Assembly (NCBI GenBank): GCA_948470565.1
Contig: CAOKPF010000004.1
Span: 220-64,219 of the forward strand
Reading direction: 5' to 3'
DNA length: 64,000 bases
From: an uncultured Clostridium sp.
GTDB lineage: Bacteria; Bacillota; Clostridia; TANB77; CAG-465
Shown here: piece by piece, positions 39,095-47,370 of the stretch
How the letters are laid out: each line of letters starts with the position of its first letter
Numbering within the stretch: the stretch's first letter is position 1
The notes under the pieces: model-generated
Told to the model about the DNA's origin: nothing
What the model saw: the letters and a program-made list of their open reading frames with translations, nothing else
Databases searched by the model: none
Program-made: the position numbers and the translations under genes

Positions 39095-39145
39095 TTACAT
39101 AATAATATTACGTTTATATTACAGTAATATTACATTAATGTTACA
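39095..39145 (+). promoter_or_regulatory. Five helically phased TTAC(A/G) direct repeats upstream of the filament operon
   Basis: TTACA 39095, TTACG 39108, TTACA 39119, TTACA 39130, TTACA 39141, giving spacings of 13, 11, 11 and 11 bp. The last three share the context (T/G)TATTACA / TGTTACA. Confidence 0.5.
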
Positions 39146-39180
39146 TTTTTGAATAAAACGTAAAAAAACAAAAAAAAGAA

Positions 39181-39209
39181 TTGATTTTTTTTTTTCTTTA
39201 TTATATACT
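39181..39209 (+). promoter_or_regulatory. Candidate sigma-A promoter with a T11 tract in the spacer
   Basis: TTGATT (39181-39186), a 17-nt spacer, then TATACT (39204-39209). The uninterrupted T run spans 39185-39195. This is the only reasonable -35/-10 pair between the rho terminator and the first operon gene. Confidence 0.4.
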
Positions 39210-39259
39210 ATATTCAGTAAATTGACACTGTCGTATAGTGTTTGGAGGTTAGATATAAT

Positions 39260-40300
39260 ATGGTTAGAATGAGTCAATTAAAAAAGAGGCTATTTACAGG
39301 AATAGCTATTGGAGCAGGTGTAGGAGTTGTAATTTCAGGAATTATTGGTTGGTGGTCTTTATCTACCATAAAAAGTTATCAAAATGGTACTAATAAAAAG
39401 TATCAACAATTGTATACAAAGCTTGTAACAGTTCTTACTACTGATGTTATACAAGGTCAAATAATAGATGATACTATGGTAAAGGAAGTAAGAGTACATA
39501 ATACTACTGTACCAGCAGGTGCACTTAGCAAAGATATAGTAGTAGGAAGCGTAGCAAGTTATAATATACCTGCAAATGTCCCTGTTACAAGTACTATGGT
39601 ATCAGAAGATATAGTTGACAGTGATTTAAGAGAACAAGAACTTAATATGGTTGTGTTACCAAGTAACTTAAATGTAGGTGATTACATAGATGTAAGGCTT
39701 ATGTATCCAAATGGTACTGACTATGTTGTACTTACAGGTAAAGAAGTTAAAGAATTAACTGAACAAACTATGTGGATAGATATATCAGAAGATGAAAGAC
39801 TATTATTAAATGGTTCAATAGTAGATTCATATTTAAAAGCGGGCTCAAAATTATATGCAACAAGATATATAGATGCTGCAACTCAACTTGATGCCTCAAA
39901 TCAAGTTGAAGGTGCTGATTCTAATGCAGATTTGGCAAGGCAGTATTTAAAAGATCAATACGAATCTGAACTTAGAGGAATAGGTTCTGCTAGTAGTGAT
40001 TCAGCAGTTGAAAAAATACTAGATTTTATAGTATCATATAAAGCATATTCGGCTGTTGTTTCAAAGACAAAAGTAAATTATCAACCAAATGCTCAAATTA
40101 TTCAAATGATGAATACAAATCCTAATATACTTCAAGAGGCAAAGGATAAACTTAGTGCAGAAGCAAGAACTAATATGGAAAATGCTATAAATAGTTATCA
40201 ATTATCAAATTCAGAAGAGTACAATAACGTAATAACTGGTGCTCAAGAGTCAATCACAAATCAAAAGAATCAAAGAACATCATTATTAAATGTAGAATAA
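39260..40300 (+). CDS. CpaB/RcpC-like pilus assembly protein (N-terminal TM, SAF domain)
   Basis: Start at ATG 39260 (GGAGG 11 nt upstream). TM LFTGIAIGAGVGVVISGIIGWW. SAF-like VTVLTTDVIQGQIIDDTMVKEVRVHNTTVPAGALSKDIVVGSVASYNIPANVPVTSTMV, then LNVGDYIDVRLMYPNGTDYVVL as in the RcpC/CpaB C-domain. Confidence 0.65.
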   Translation: MVRMSQLKKRLFTGIAIGAGVGVVISGIIGWWSLSTIKSYQNGTNKKYQQLYTKLVTVLTTDVIQGQIIDDTMVKEVRVHNTTVPAGALSKDIVVGSVASYNIPANVPVTSTMVSEDIVDSDLREQELNMVVLPSNLNVGDYIDVRLMYPNGTDYVVLTGKEVKELTEQTMWIDISEDERLLLNGSIVDSYLKAGSKLYATRYIDAATQLDASNQVEGADSNADLARQYLKDQYESELRGIGSASSDSAVEKILDFIVSYKAYSAVVSKTKVNYQPNAQIIQMMNTNPNILQEAKDKLSAEARTNMENAINSYQLSNSEEYNNVITGAQESITNQKNQRTSLLNVE

Positions 40301-40316
40301 AAGTAGGAGGTATAAA

Positions 40317-41030
40317 ATGCAAGTTATAGGTTTAATTGGTTATGCAGATAAGTATGATTTTGCATTAAATTTAGCAAAGACAATAAATATAATGGGAAAG
40401 TCAGTTTTAGTTGTAGATGCAACTTTAGAGAAAAAAATTAAATATATAGTGCCTGCTCTTAATAATTTAGGAGAGGCCTACGTAACACAGTATAATAATA
40501 TAGACTTTGCAGTAGGTTTTGATAGTATGCATGATATAGAAAATTATATGTGTGAAGAGGGAATAAATATTGGATTATATGATTTCATAATAATTGATAT
40601 TGATAGTGCAAAAACATATGAATTTTTTAGAAATAGAGGCTTTGATAAAATGTATTTCTTTACTAATACTAGCGTGCTTTCAGCTAATAAAAACAAAGAA
40701 ATAGTAAAAGCAATAAAAGTATATCATCAAGGTGAAGAAAAATTGCAAATGACTAAAGTTTTGTATAAAGAATTTATTTCAAGAGCAGCTGAGGATTATA
40801 TTGATAAACAAATTGAAGAATATGCAATTGAGTGGAAAGAACCAGAATATGAAATAAATGTAGATGATCAAGATAAAATGGCAGATATAGATTCACAGTT
40901 TAGCGGAAATATAAATATAAGGGAACATACAAAAAATTTTATAAATACAATTGCAGATCTTAGTGCAGATATTCTTGAAGATGTTACATCAAAAGAAGTT
41001 AGAAATGAAATAAAAAGGAGGAAGGATTAA
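40317..41030 (+). CDS. ParA/MinD-fold protein lacking a Walker A lysine (TadZ/CpaE-like, degenerate) - copy 1
   Basis: Beta1-loop-helix pattern VIGLIGYADKYDFALNLAKTINIMGKSVLVVDA, where GYADKYDF replaces G-K-G-G-x-G-K-T. Walker-B-like YDFIIIDID. Confidence 0.5.
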   Translation: MQVIGLIGYADKYDFALNLAKTINIMGKSVLVVDATLEKKIKYIVPALNNLGEAYVTQYNNIDFAVGFDSMHDIENYMCEEGINIGLYDFIIIDIDSAKTYEFFRNRGFDKMYFFTNTSVLSANKNKEIVKAIKVYHQGEEKLQMTKVLYKEFISRAAEDYIDKQIEEYAIEWKEPEYEINVDDQDKMADIDSQFSGNINIREHTKNFINTIADLSADILEDVTSKEVRNEIKRRKD

Positions 41031-41845
41031 TGGCAAGAGTAGCGTTTTGGAGTCTTGATACTAGTATGACTGGAAATACACATACTGCAATAGCAGTTTC
41101 AACACTTGTTAGTATTACTCATAAAACATCTAGTTTATTATTACATGGTAATTTTGATTCAAGAAAAATTGAATCAGCCTTTACTCCATATGCAGAATTA
41201 AAAGATAAAGGCACATTTGAGAATTCAAATATTGGTGTTAGTGCACTTATAAGGCTGGTTACAAGTAATAAGCTTACTGCTGATGCAGTTCAAAACTATG
41301 CAAAACCAGTATTAAAAGAAAGATTAGATGTACTTTATGGAATGAATCAAAAAAATGAAGTTGATTATGCAGATTTAGTAAATAATTTACCATATATAAC
41401 CAGAAAAGCAGATCAAATATATGATTTGGTGTTTATTGATATACCAAAAGGTACAAAAGAAAAATATGTAACTGATACATTAGCTGATTCAGAAATTGTT
41501 GTATGTGTTGTTAATCAAGATTCAGTAAAACTAGATGATTTCTTTGAAAGAATTAATAATTTAGAAGCATTAAAGGATAAATCTAAAATAATAGTAATAG
41601 GGGATTATGAACAAAAATCAAAATATACTGTACAAAATATAAAAATTAAGTATAAAACAAAAGATGAAATTTTTGTACTGCCTCATAACTATTTATTCTC
41701 AGATGCTTGCAATGATGGTAATGTTGTAAATTTCTTTTATAACAATATGAATGCAGACCCAAGAGATTATAATGGTTATTTTATATCGGAAACATCTAAA
41801 ATTGTAGAAAAAATTATAGATGAAGCTAAGATAAAAGATTTATAA
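41030..41845 (+). CDS. ParA/MinD-fold protein lacking a Walker A lysine (TadZ/CpaE-like, degenerate) - copy 2
   Basis: The ATG overlaps the previous stop (TAATG). RVAFWSLDTSMTGNTHTAIAVSTLVSITHKTSSLLLHG with SMTGNTHT in the P-loop position. Walker-B-like YDLVFIDIPKG, then EIVVCVVNQD. Confidence 0.5.
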   Translation: MARVAFWSLDTSMTGNTHTAIAVSTLVSITHKTSSLLLHGNFDSRKIESAFTPYAELKDKGTFENSNIGVSALIRLVTSNKLTADAVQNYAKPVLKERLDVLYGMNQKNEVDYADLVNNLPYITRKADQIYDLVFIDIPKGTKEKYVTDTLADSEIVVCVVNQDSVKLDDFFERINNLEALKDKSKIIVIGDYEQKSKYTVQNIKIKYKTKDEIFVLPHNYLFSDACNDGNVVNFFYNNMNADPRDYNGYFISETSKIVEKIIDEAKIKDL

Positions 41846-41871
41846 TAAAATAAAAAAGAAGAGGTGGAAAT

Positions 41872-43767
41872 ATGACAGTTGCATTTGTATTTAATATAAT
41901 ACTTATAATTCTTTTAGTAGGATTTGTCGCAGCGTTTTTTTGGTATAAAATAAAAAATGGTAATCCAAAAAATGATAATGATGCCATTATTGCAAGAGAA
42001 AGAGAAAAGTATAGCATTAAAACTATGCAAGAATTTATAAAAAAGCAATTTGATGAAATTACCAGAATGAATTTATATGATTTAGCTTTATCAGAAGAGG
42101 AATTTGAAAGAAGAAAAAATATAAAATATGAGTTGAAAAAAGCGTTAAAAGGTGCAGGTTATGCAGATCAGAGTGATAAAAAGTATGTAAAAACTTTAAT
42201 GTTTGACTTACTTAGAAATAACTACAATGTTAATAACCATAATATAAATTATGCTATTAATTTTAGTGATTTTGAAGATTTGACATCTCAAGATAAGTTT
42301 GAAATACTTATGCATATTTATAAAAAAGAGTTTAAACAAGAGGCTCTAACTCAAATTATCACAAAATATGGCTTGGATTTTCCTAAATATGAATTTGATT
42401 CACAAGTCCCATCATATGTAATCACTGCAAAAGAGATAGATGAGATATTTGCAAAAGAAGTTAGTGAAGATTTGCTTACATTTGATGATAAGCTTGAGAT
42501 AGTTGTACAAAGGATATACCAAGGATACAAGGGATATAGCGTTGTTGACGATATTCGTGATATGAATATAGATGGTGTATCTGGTGGTGTATCTGGTATT
42601 CCACCATCATTCTTAGATCAAATATCTGGAATGGACGAATATATGGATCAAATGAATGGTAGAAAAATACCAATGTCATATGATTCAGTTTGGATATTCT
42701 TTAGAGGTAAAGCTACATATTTATCATTTTTATCATTTGGTAGTGAAGCAGAACTTAAAAGAGTTTGCCAAAATATATATAAGTATAATAATCCAGGACA
42801 GTTATCAGAATCTGTTGGTTACAAGGTAAATGAAATGAAAGATGGTTCCAGAATAGTTGTTTTGAGACCAAACTTTTCAGAATCTTGGGCATTCTTTGTA
42901 AGAAAGTTTGCTCCACCAACACTTATATCTGCTGAACAATTATTAGTACATAAGAATAAAGAAAATGTAATAGAATTACTAAAATATTTAATAAGAGGCG
43001 CAAGAGTTACATCAATTACTGGTGAGCAGGGTTGTGGTAAAACAACACTTTTGATGGCTATTATGAAATATTTATACCCAACTATTACAATCAGGGTACA
43101 GGAAATGGCGTTTGAGTTACACTTAAGAAAAATTTATCCTTACCATAACATATTATCATTAAGAGAAACTGATACAATATCTGGACAACAAGGTTTGGAC
43201 GTACAGAAAAAGACAGATGGTGGTGTTAACATACTAGGAGAGGTTGCAACAGATCCGGTTGCCGCTTGGATGATTCAGATGGCACAGGTTGCCTCAAAAT
43301 TTACTTTGTTTACACACCATGCTAAAACTTTTCCAAACTTAATAACTGCACTTAGAAACTCATTATTAAAGATTGGTATGTTTAATAATGAAGATGTAGC
43401 AGAAGTTCAGGTTGTACAAGTTATAAACTTTGATATACACTTGGTTAGAGGTGTTGATGGTACTAGATATATAGAAAGAATTACAGAATGTATACCTTTA
43501 GAACCAACATTTCATTATAACAATGATTATAGGAAAGAAAAATCATTAGAGGGAAAACTTGATAAATTTATGGATAATGCGGTAGAATACTTTGAACATG
43601 TTACAAAAACTAGTAACTATACATATAAAAATATAGTTGAGTTTAGAGATGGGGAGTATGTATTTGCCAATCCATTATCAGAAACTAATATAAAAGCTAT
43701 GAGATCTAATATGTCTCCAGAAGATGTAAAAGAATTTGATGAATTCTTAGACACTGCTTGGAGGTGA
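41872..43767 (+). CDS. CpaF/TadA-like secretion ATPase (T2SSE/VirB11 superfamily) with N-terminal TM helix and long N-extension
   Basis: Walker A ITGEQGCGKTTLLMAI, Walker-B region GGVNILGEVATDPVA, His-box-like FTLFTHHAKT. Residues 1-27 (MTVAFVFNIILIILLVGFVAAFFWYKI) are strongly hydrophobic. About 370 aa precede the ATPase core. Confidence 0.7.
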   Translation: MTVAFVFNIILIILLVGFVAAFFWYKIKNGNPKNDNDAIIAREREKYSIKTMQEFIKKQFDEITRMNLYDLALSEEEFERRKNIKYELKKALKGAGYADQSDKKYVKTLMFDLLRNNYNVNNHNINYAINFSDFEDLTSQDKFEILMHIYKKEFKQEALTQIITKYGLDFPKYEFDSQVPSYVITAKEIDEIFAKEVSEDLLTFDDKLEIVVQRIYQGYKGYSVVDDIRDMNIDGVSGGVSGIPPSFLDQISGMDEYMDQMNGRKIPMSYDSVWIFFRGKATYLSFLSFGSEAELKRVCQNIYKYNNPGQLSESVGYKVNEMKDGSRIVVLRPNFSESWAFFVRKFAPPTLISAEQLLVHKNKENVIELLKYLIRGARVTSITGEQGCGKTTLLMAIMKYLYPTITIRVQEMAFELHLRKIYPYHNILSLRETDTISGQQGLDVQKKTDGGVNILGEVATDPVAAWMIQMAQVASKFTLFTHHAKTFPNLITALRNSLLKIGMFNNEDVAEVQVVQVINFDIHLVRGVDGTRYIERITECIPLEPTFHYNNDYRKEKSLEGKLDKFMDNAVEYFEHVTKTSNYTYKNIVEFRDGEYVFANPLSETNIKAMRSNMSPEDVKEFDEFLDTAWR

Positions 43768-43771
43768 TAAC

Positions 43772-45829
43772 ATGATAATGTATGTAGCAATAGGATTGAT
43801 AGTTTTTGCAATTTTAGGAATTATTGCAGCGTTTGTTGCATATAGCCTTTTTAAGAAGAAATATAAAAATAATAGTGCCTTGCACCAAAAAGACACATTA
43901 CTTGTAAGGAATAAAAGTACAACAAAAGATACTTTTGATAGACTATTTCAAATGATATATCTTGTTTTTGTTAAAATGCCTGTAATAAAATATTATACTA
44001 AAAAAACAAGATTAAAATTAGAAATGACAAATGATTACTCTGAATATGAAATAAGACGTAGAGCTGGAAAATACATGTTAATAGCAATAGTATTTATATT
44101 TGTATCATTGTTTGTTGTCCTAAATCTAGTTTCTGATTTGTACATGTCACTTATTGTTATAGTAGGTGTACTTGTAATATCAGAGAAAATGATTGATATT
44201 GGTATTACATCAGTATCTGATAAGATATTAAGACAAATGCCAGAAGCATTTACAAGTATAAGACATGCTTTTCATGAGCATGGTATGATAGAGGAGTCTT
44301 TTGATACAGCTATTGATGATTTAGGCGAAAAAGAAATTGTTCCTCAATTAAAAAGAATAAAAGAAGCAATGATGGCTGAAAATCCTGAAATTGAACTTGA
44401 AAGATATTATGATACAGCACCAAATAGATTTTTGAAATTATTTGCAGGTGTTTCATACTTAACACTTGAACTAGGGGATAGAAAAGTAGATGGTTCATCT
44501 GTTTATCTTAGAAACTTAAATAATATACTTAGTGATATATATCTTGAAATATTAAAAAGAGATAAGATAAATTATATGTTTAGAAGTTTAACTGTAATAG
44601 CAGTTGTACCTATATTTTTCATAACACCACTTCAAGCTTGGGCTGAGAATAACTTTCCAGCATTAACAAACTTTTATAGTAGTAGTATAGGTTTTATAGT
44701 TCAGTCTTTGATAATAATATCTATATTTGTATCGTATATAATGCTTAGAATTATTAGAGAAGATCCTGAACAAATAAAATTTGATAGGGTTTCAAATGTA
44801 AAGTGGCAAGATAAATTATACAAAAAAGCATATGTAAAAATGCTAATAGATGCATTTAAGCCACAAGAACATACAAGAAAGTATCGACGAGAAACAATGA
44901 TTATAAAAAACACAAATGCTTACCTTACAATTGAATGGTTGTATGTAAATAAATTTACAGCTGGTATAATTGCATTTTTACTATCGTTATTTCTTATGTT
45001 TAACTTGCAAAGAATTGATTTAGCTTCAGTTGCAAATGCTATTGGTGATGAGTTTTTAGCAATGGGACAATTAAGTGATTCTCAAAAGGAAGCTGCGGAA
45101 GCCTTAAATCAAGCGGATATGACTTACGTAAATAAGTATAAAAATTCAAAGATTACAAGAGAAGAACTAGAACTTGAGCTTATGAATGATGCTACAGGTG
45201 AGATTGAACAAGATGATGTTGATAGAATATATGGAAAAATTTCAACTGTTCAAAATGCATATTTAAAATATTGGCAATTAATAATTTGTTTATTTGTTGC
45301 AGTACTTGGATATATGATACCAACAATAGTACTTATTATAAGAAATAAGATGAGAGAACTTGAAAAAGAAAATGAAATTATGCAATTTCAGTCAATAATT
45401 TTAATGCTTATGTATATTGATAGAATTGATGTTCAAACTATATTAGAGTGGTTATGTAGATTTTCTTATGCTTTTAAAGAACCAATAGCAACTGCTCTAA
45501 ACAATTATGAGGCAGGAGCAGAAGCAGCACTTGCACAACTTAAAGAAGATGTTCCATATAAGGATTTTGTAAGAATAGTTGAACAATTAGAATCAGCAGT
45601 TGAAAGAATACCAATAAAGGATGCTTTTGATGAATTAGAAACTGAGAGAAGTTTTTATCATGATAGAAGAAAAGAAGGTAATGAAAGATTAATTCAAAAG
45701 AAAGTAACTTATGGTAAAGTTTTAGGCTTTGCGCCACTGGTTATACTTATAGGTGGATATTTAGTTGCACCACTTATGATTGTAAGTATAATGCAAATGA
45801 TGACATACTTTAGTAGTATGACATTCTAA
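43772..45829 (+). CDS. Fused double T2SSF-type platform protein (TadB-TadC-like)
   Basis: 685 aa. Two repeats of the platform architecture (TM, a ~110-aa helical cytoplasmic domain, then paired TMs). First domain ILRQMPEAFTSIRHAF...LRNLNNILSDIYLEILKRDKINYMFRSLTVIAVVPIFF. Second domain MQFQSIILMLMYIDRIDVQTILEWL...ERSFYHDRRKEGNERLIQKKVTYGKVLGFAPLVILIGGYLVAPL. Confidence 0.6.
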   Translation: MIMYVAIGLIVFAILGIIAAFVAYSLFKKKYKNNSALHQKDTLLVRNKSTTKDTFDRLFQMIYLVFVKMPVIKYYTKKTRLKLEMTNDYSEYEIRRRAGKYMLIAIVFIFVSLFVVLNLVSDLYMSLIVIVGVLVISEKMIDIGITSVSDKILRQMPEAFTSIRHAFHEHGMIEESFDTAIDDLGEKEIVPQLKRIKEAMMAENPEIELERYYDTAPNRFLKLFAGVSYLTLELGDRKVDGSSVYLRNLNNILSDIYLEILKRDKINYMFRSLTVIAVVPIFFITPLQAWAENNFPALTNFYSSSIGFIVQSLIIISIFVSYIMLRIIREDPEQIKFDRVSNVKWQDKLYKKAYVKMLIDAFKPQEHTRKYRRETMIIKNTNAYLTIEWLYVNKFTAGIIAFLLSLFLMFNLQRIDLASVANAIGDEFLAMGQLSDSQKEAAEALNQADMTYVNKYKNSKITREELELELMNDATGEIEQDDVDRIYGKISTVQNAYLKYWQLIICLFVAVLGYMIPTIVLIIRNKMRELEKENEIMQFQSIILMLMYIDRIDVQTILEWLCRFSYAFKEPIATALNNYEAGAEAALAQLKEDVPYKDFVRIVEQLESAVERIPIKDAFDELETERSFYHDRRKEGNERLIQKKVTYGKVLGFAPLVILIGGYLVAPLMIVSIMQMMTYFSSMTF

Positions 45830-45878
45830 GTGATAAATACACTGATACGTGTGTTTATATATAAAGGAGGTTAAATAT

Positions 45879-46292
45879 ATGGATAATGCGCAAAAGGCGA
45901 TAATGATTGGTGTAGGATTATTTATAACAATCATAGTAATAGCAGCAGTAATGTTAATTACAGGAATGGGGCAAGATTTGTTAAATAGTGGTACAAATCA
46001 ACTTGGAGGAGTTACATCAAGTTTGGAGTATCAAGTAGTACAGCCATATGATGGAACAATAATGTCAAGAGAACAAGTAATAGCAGCATTTAAGTCACTT
46101 ATAACAAATGAGAGTGTTGATACTGGTTATCAATTAAAAAATGGTTCAGGTTATGGACCTGAAGTTTCATGTACATCTATGCCTAATATCAATACTTTTA
46201 AAAATAGTGTTACAGCATCTTCAAAATTTAAAGGAGTTGTAACAGAGACTACAGGTGGAAAAACATATAAGGTTATATTTCAACAACAATAA
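45879..46292 (+). CDS. Pilin-like protein, candidate major subunit 1
   Basis: Start at ATG 45879 (SD AAAGGAGG). MDNAQKAIMIGVGLFITIIVIAAVMLITG N-terminal hydrophobic helix, then a ~100-aa beta-rich domain with a single Cys. Confidence 0.6.
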   Translation: MDNAQKAIMIGVGLFITIIVIAAVMLITGMGQDLLNSGTNQLGGVTSSLEYQVVQPYDGTIMSREQVIAAFKSLITNESVDTGYQLKNGSGYGPEVSCTSMPNINTFKNSVTASSKFKGVVTETTGGKTYKVIFQQQ

Positions 46293-46325
46293 TTTAAATA
46301 TAATGTGTAAAGGAGGTTAAAATAT

Positions 46326-46724
46326 ATGGATAATGCGCAAAAAGCGATAATGATTGGTGTAGGATTATTTATAACAATCATAGTAATAGCAGCAGTAATG
46401 TTAATAACAGGAATGGGGCAAGATTTGTTAAATAGTGGTACACAACAACTTGGTGGAATTGGAACAAGTTTAGAGTATCAAGTAGTACAACCATATGATG
46501 GTACAACGATGTCAAGGGATCAAGTAGTAGCAGCTTTAAAATCACTTATAACTAATGAAAGTGTAGAAGTAGGATATGGTCCTGTGGCATCTCCAACAAT
46601 GTGTACATCAATGCCTAACATTAATACATTTAAAAGTAGTTATACTGCATCTAAAAAATTTGTAGGTAATGTAACAGAAACTACAGGTGGAAAAACATAT
46701 AAAGTTATATTTGTACCACAATAA
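46326..46724 (+). CDS. Pilin-like protein, candidate major subunit 2 (tandem paralogue)
   Basis: The SD and the first ~115 nt are nearly identical to the gene at 45879 (2 mismatches by eye). The C-terminal half is diverged and includes an indel (QLKNGSGYGPEVS versus GPVASPTM). Confidence 0.6.
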   Translation: MDNAQKAIMIGVGLFITIIVIAAVMLITGMGQDLLNSGTQQLGGIGTSLEYQVVQPYDGTTMSRDQVVAALKSLITNESVEVGYGPVASPTMCTSMPNINTFKSSYTASKKFVGNVTETTGGKTYKVIFVPQ

Positions 46725-46743
46725 TAATTAATTATTTATATAC

Positions 46744-46772
46744 AAAAGGTATATACAGATATATACCTTTTT
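46744..46772 (+). terminator. Intra-operon hairpin terminator/attenuator after the tandem pilin genes
   Basis: AAAAGGTATAT-acag-ATATACCTTTT followed by TTG. Confidence 0.65.
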
Positions 46773-46819
46773 GTATAATTGTATATAACAAGTTATATTT
46801 TATATACTATGTGTGTTTT

Positions 46820-46861
46820 AAAAAGAATAAAGTAGAATAAATTAGTGTAATTATTCTTTTT
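46820..46861 (+). other. Second hairpin in the same intergenic gap
   Basis: AAAAAGAATAA-(20 nt)-TTATTCTTTTT, ending 10 nt before the SD of the next gene. Confidence 0.45.
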
Positions 46862-46884
46862 AAAGTATATATGGAGGGGATAAT

Positions 46885-47352
46885 ATGGATGAAGATATTA
46901 CGGTACGAGCTATAACTATAGGTGTTAGCGTATTTATAGCAGTAATTACAATATCACTTGTTTTAACATATTATAACACTGCAAGACAAGCTGCACAGAG
47001 CGCAGGTACAGGAATTGAAACGAATGGATATAGTGATAATATAAATACATTACTTGCTAAAAATAATAGAACTAATGCACTTACAGGTACAGATGCCAAA
47101 AATTTAATAAGTTATTTTTATGGAGAACCTACTGTTGAAATTACAGTTAAAAATTTAGCATATATAGGTGAACTTGGAGATTTTGAATATGCAAATACAA
47201 GTGGTACTCACTCTTCATATGTTAATATAAATAATGATAGATATAAATATAATAATGCTATGAAACTTATTATTTCTAATCATGCATATACTTTAAATTA
47301 TGTTGATAATGGAAATAGGCTTGTTATAGAATTAGTAGGAAAAACTATATAG
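46885..47352 (+). CDS. Pilin-like protein (minor-subunit candidate, type B)
   Basis: MDEDITVRAITIGVSVFIAVITISLVL N-terminus. Shares ISYF, NNDR.Y and NH.Y.L.Y blocks with the gene at 48609. Confidence 0.5.
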   Translation: MDEDITVRAITIGVSVFIAVITISLVLTYYNTARQAAQSAGTGIETNGYSDNINTLLAKNNRTNALTGTDAKNLISYFYGEPTVEITVKNLAYIGELGDFEYANTSGTHSSYVNINNDRYKYNNAMKLIISNHAYTLNYVDNGNRLVIELVGKTI

Positions 47353-47370
47353 TAAAGTTAGGGGGAGAAT

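Noticed and set aside
39222-39240. TTGACA ... TATAGT as the operon promoter
   Set aside because: The hexamers are only 6 nt apart, which is incompatible with sigma-A spacing. The TTGATT-17-TATACT pair upstream fits better.
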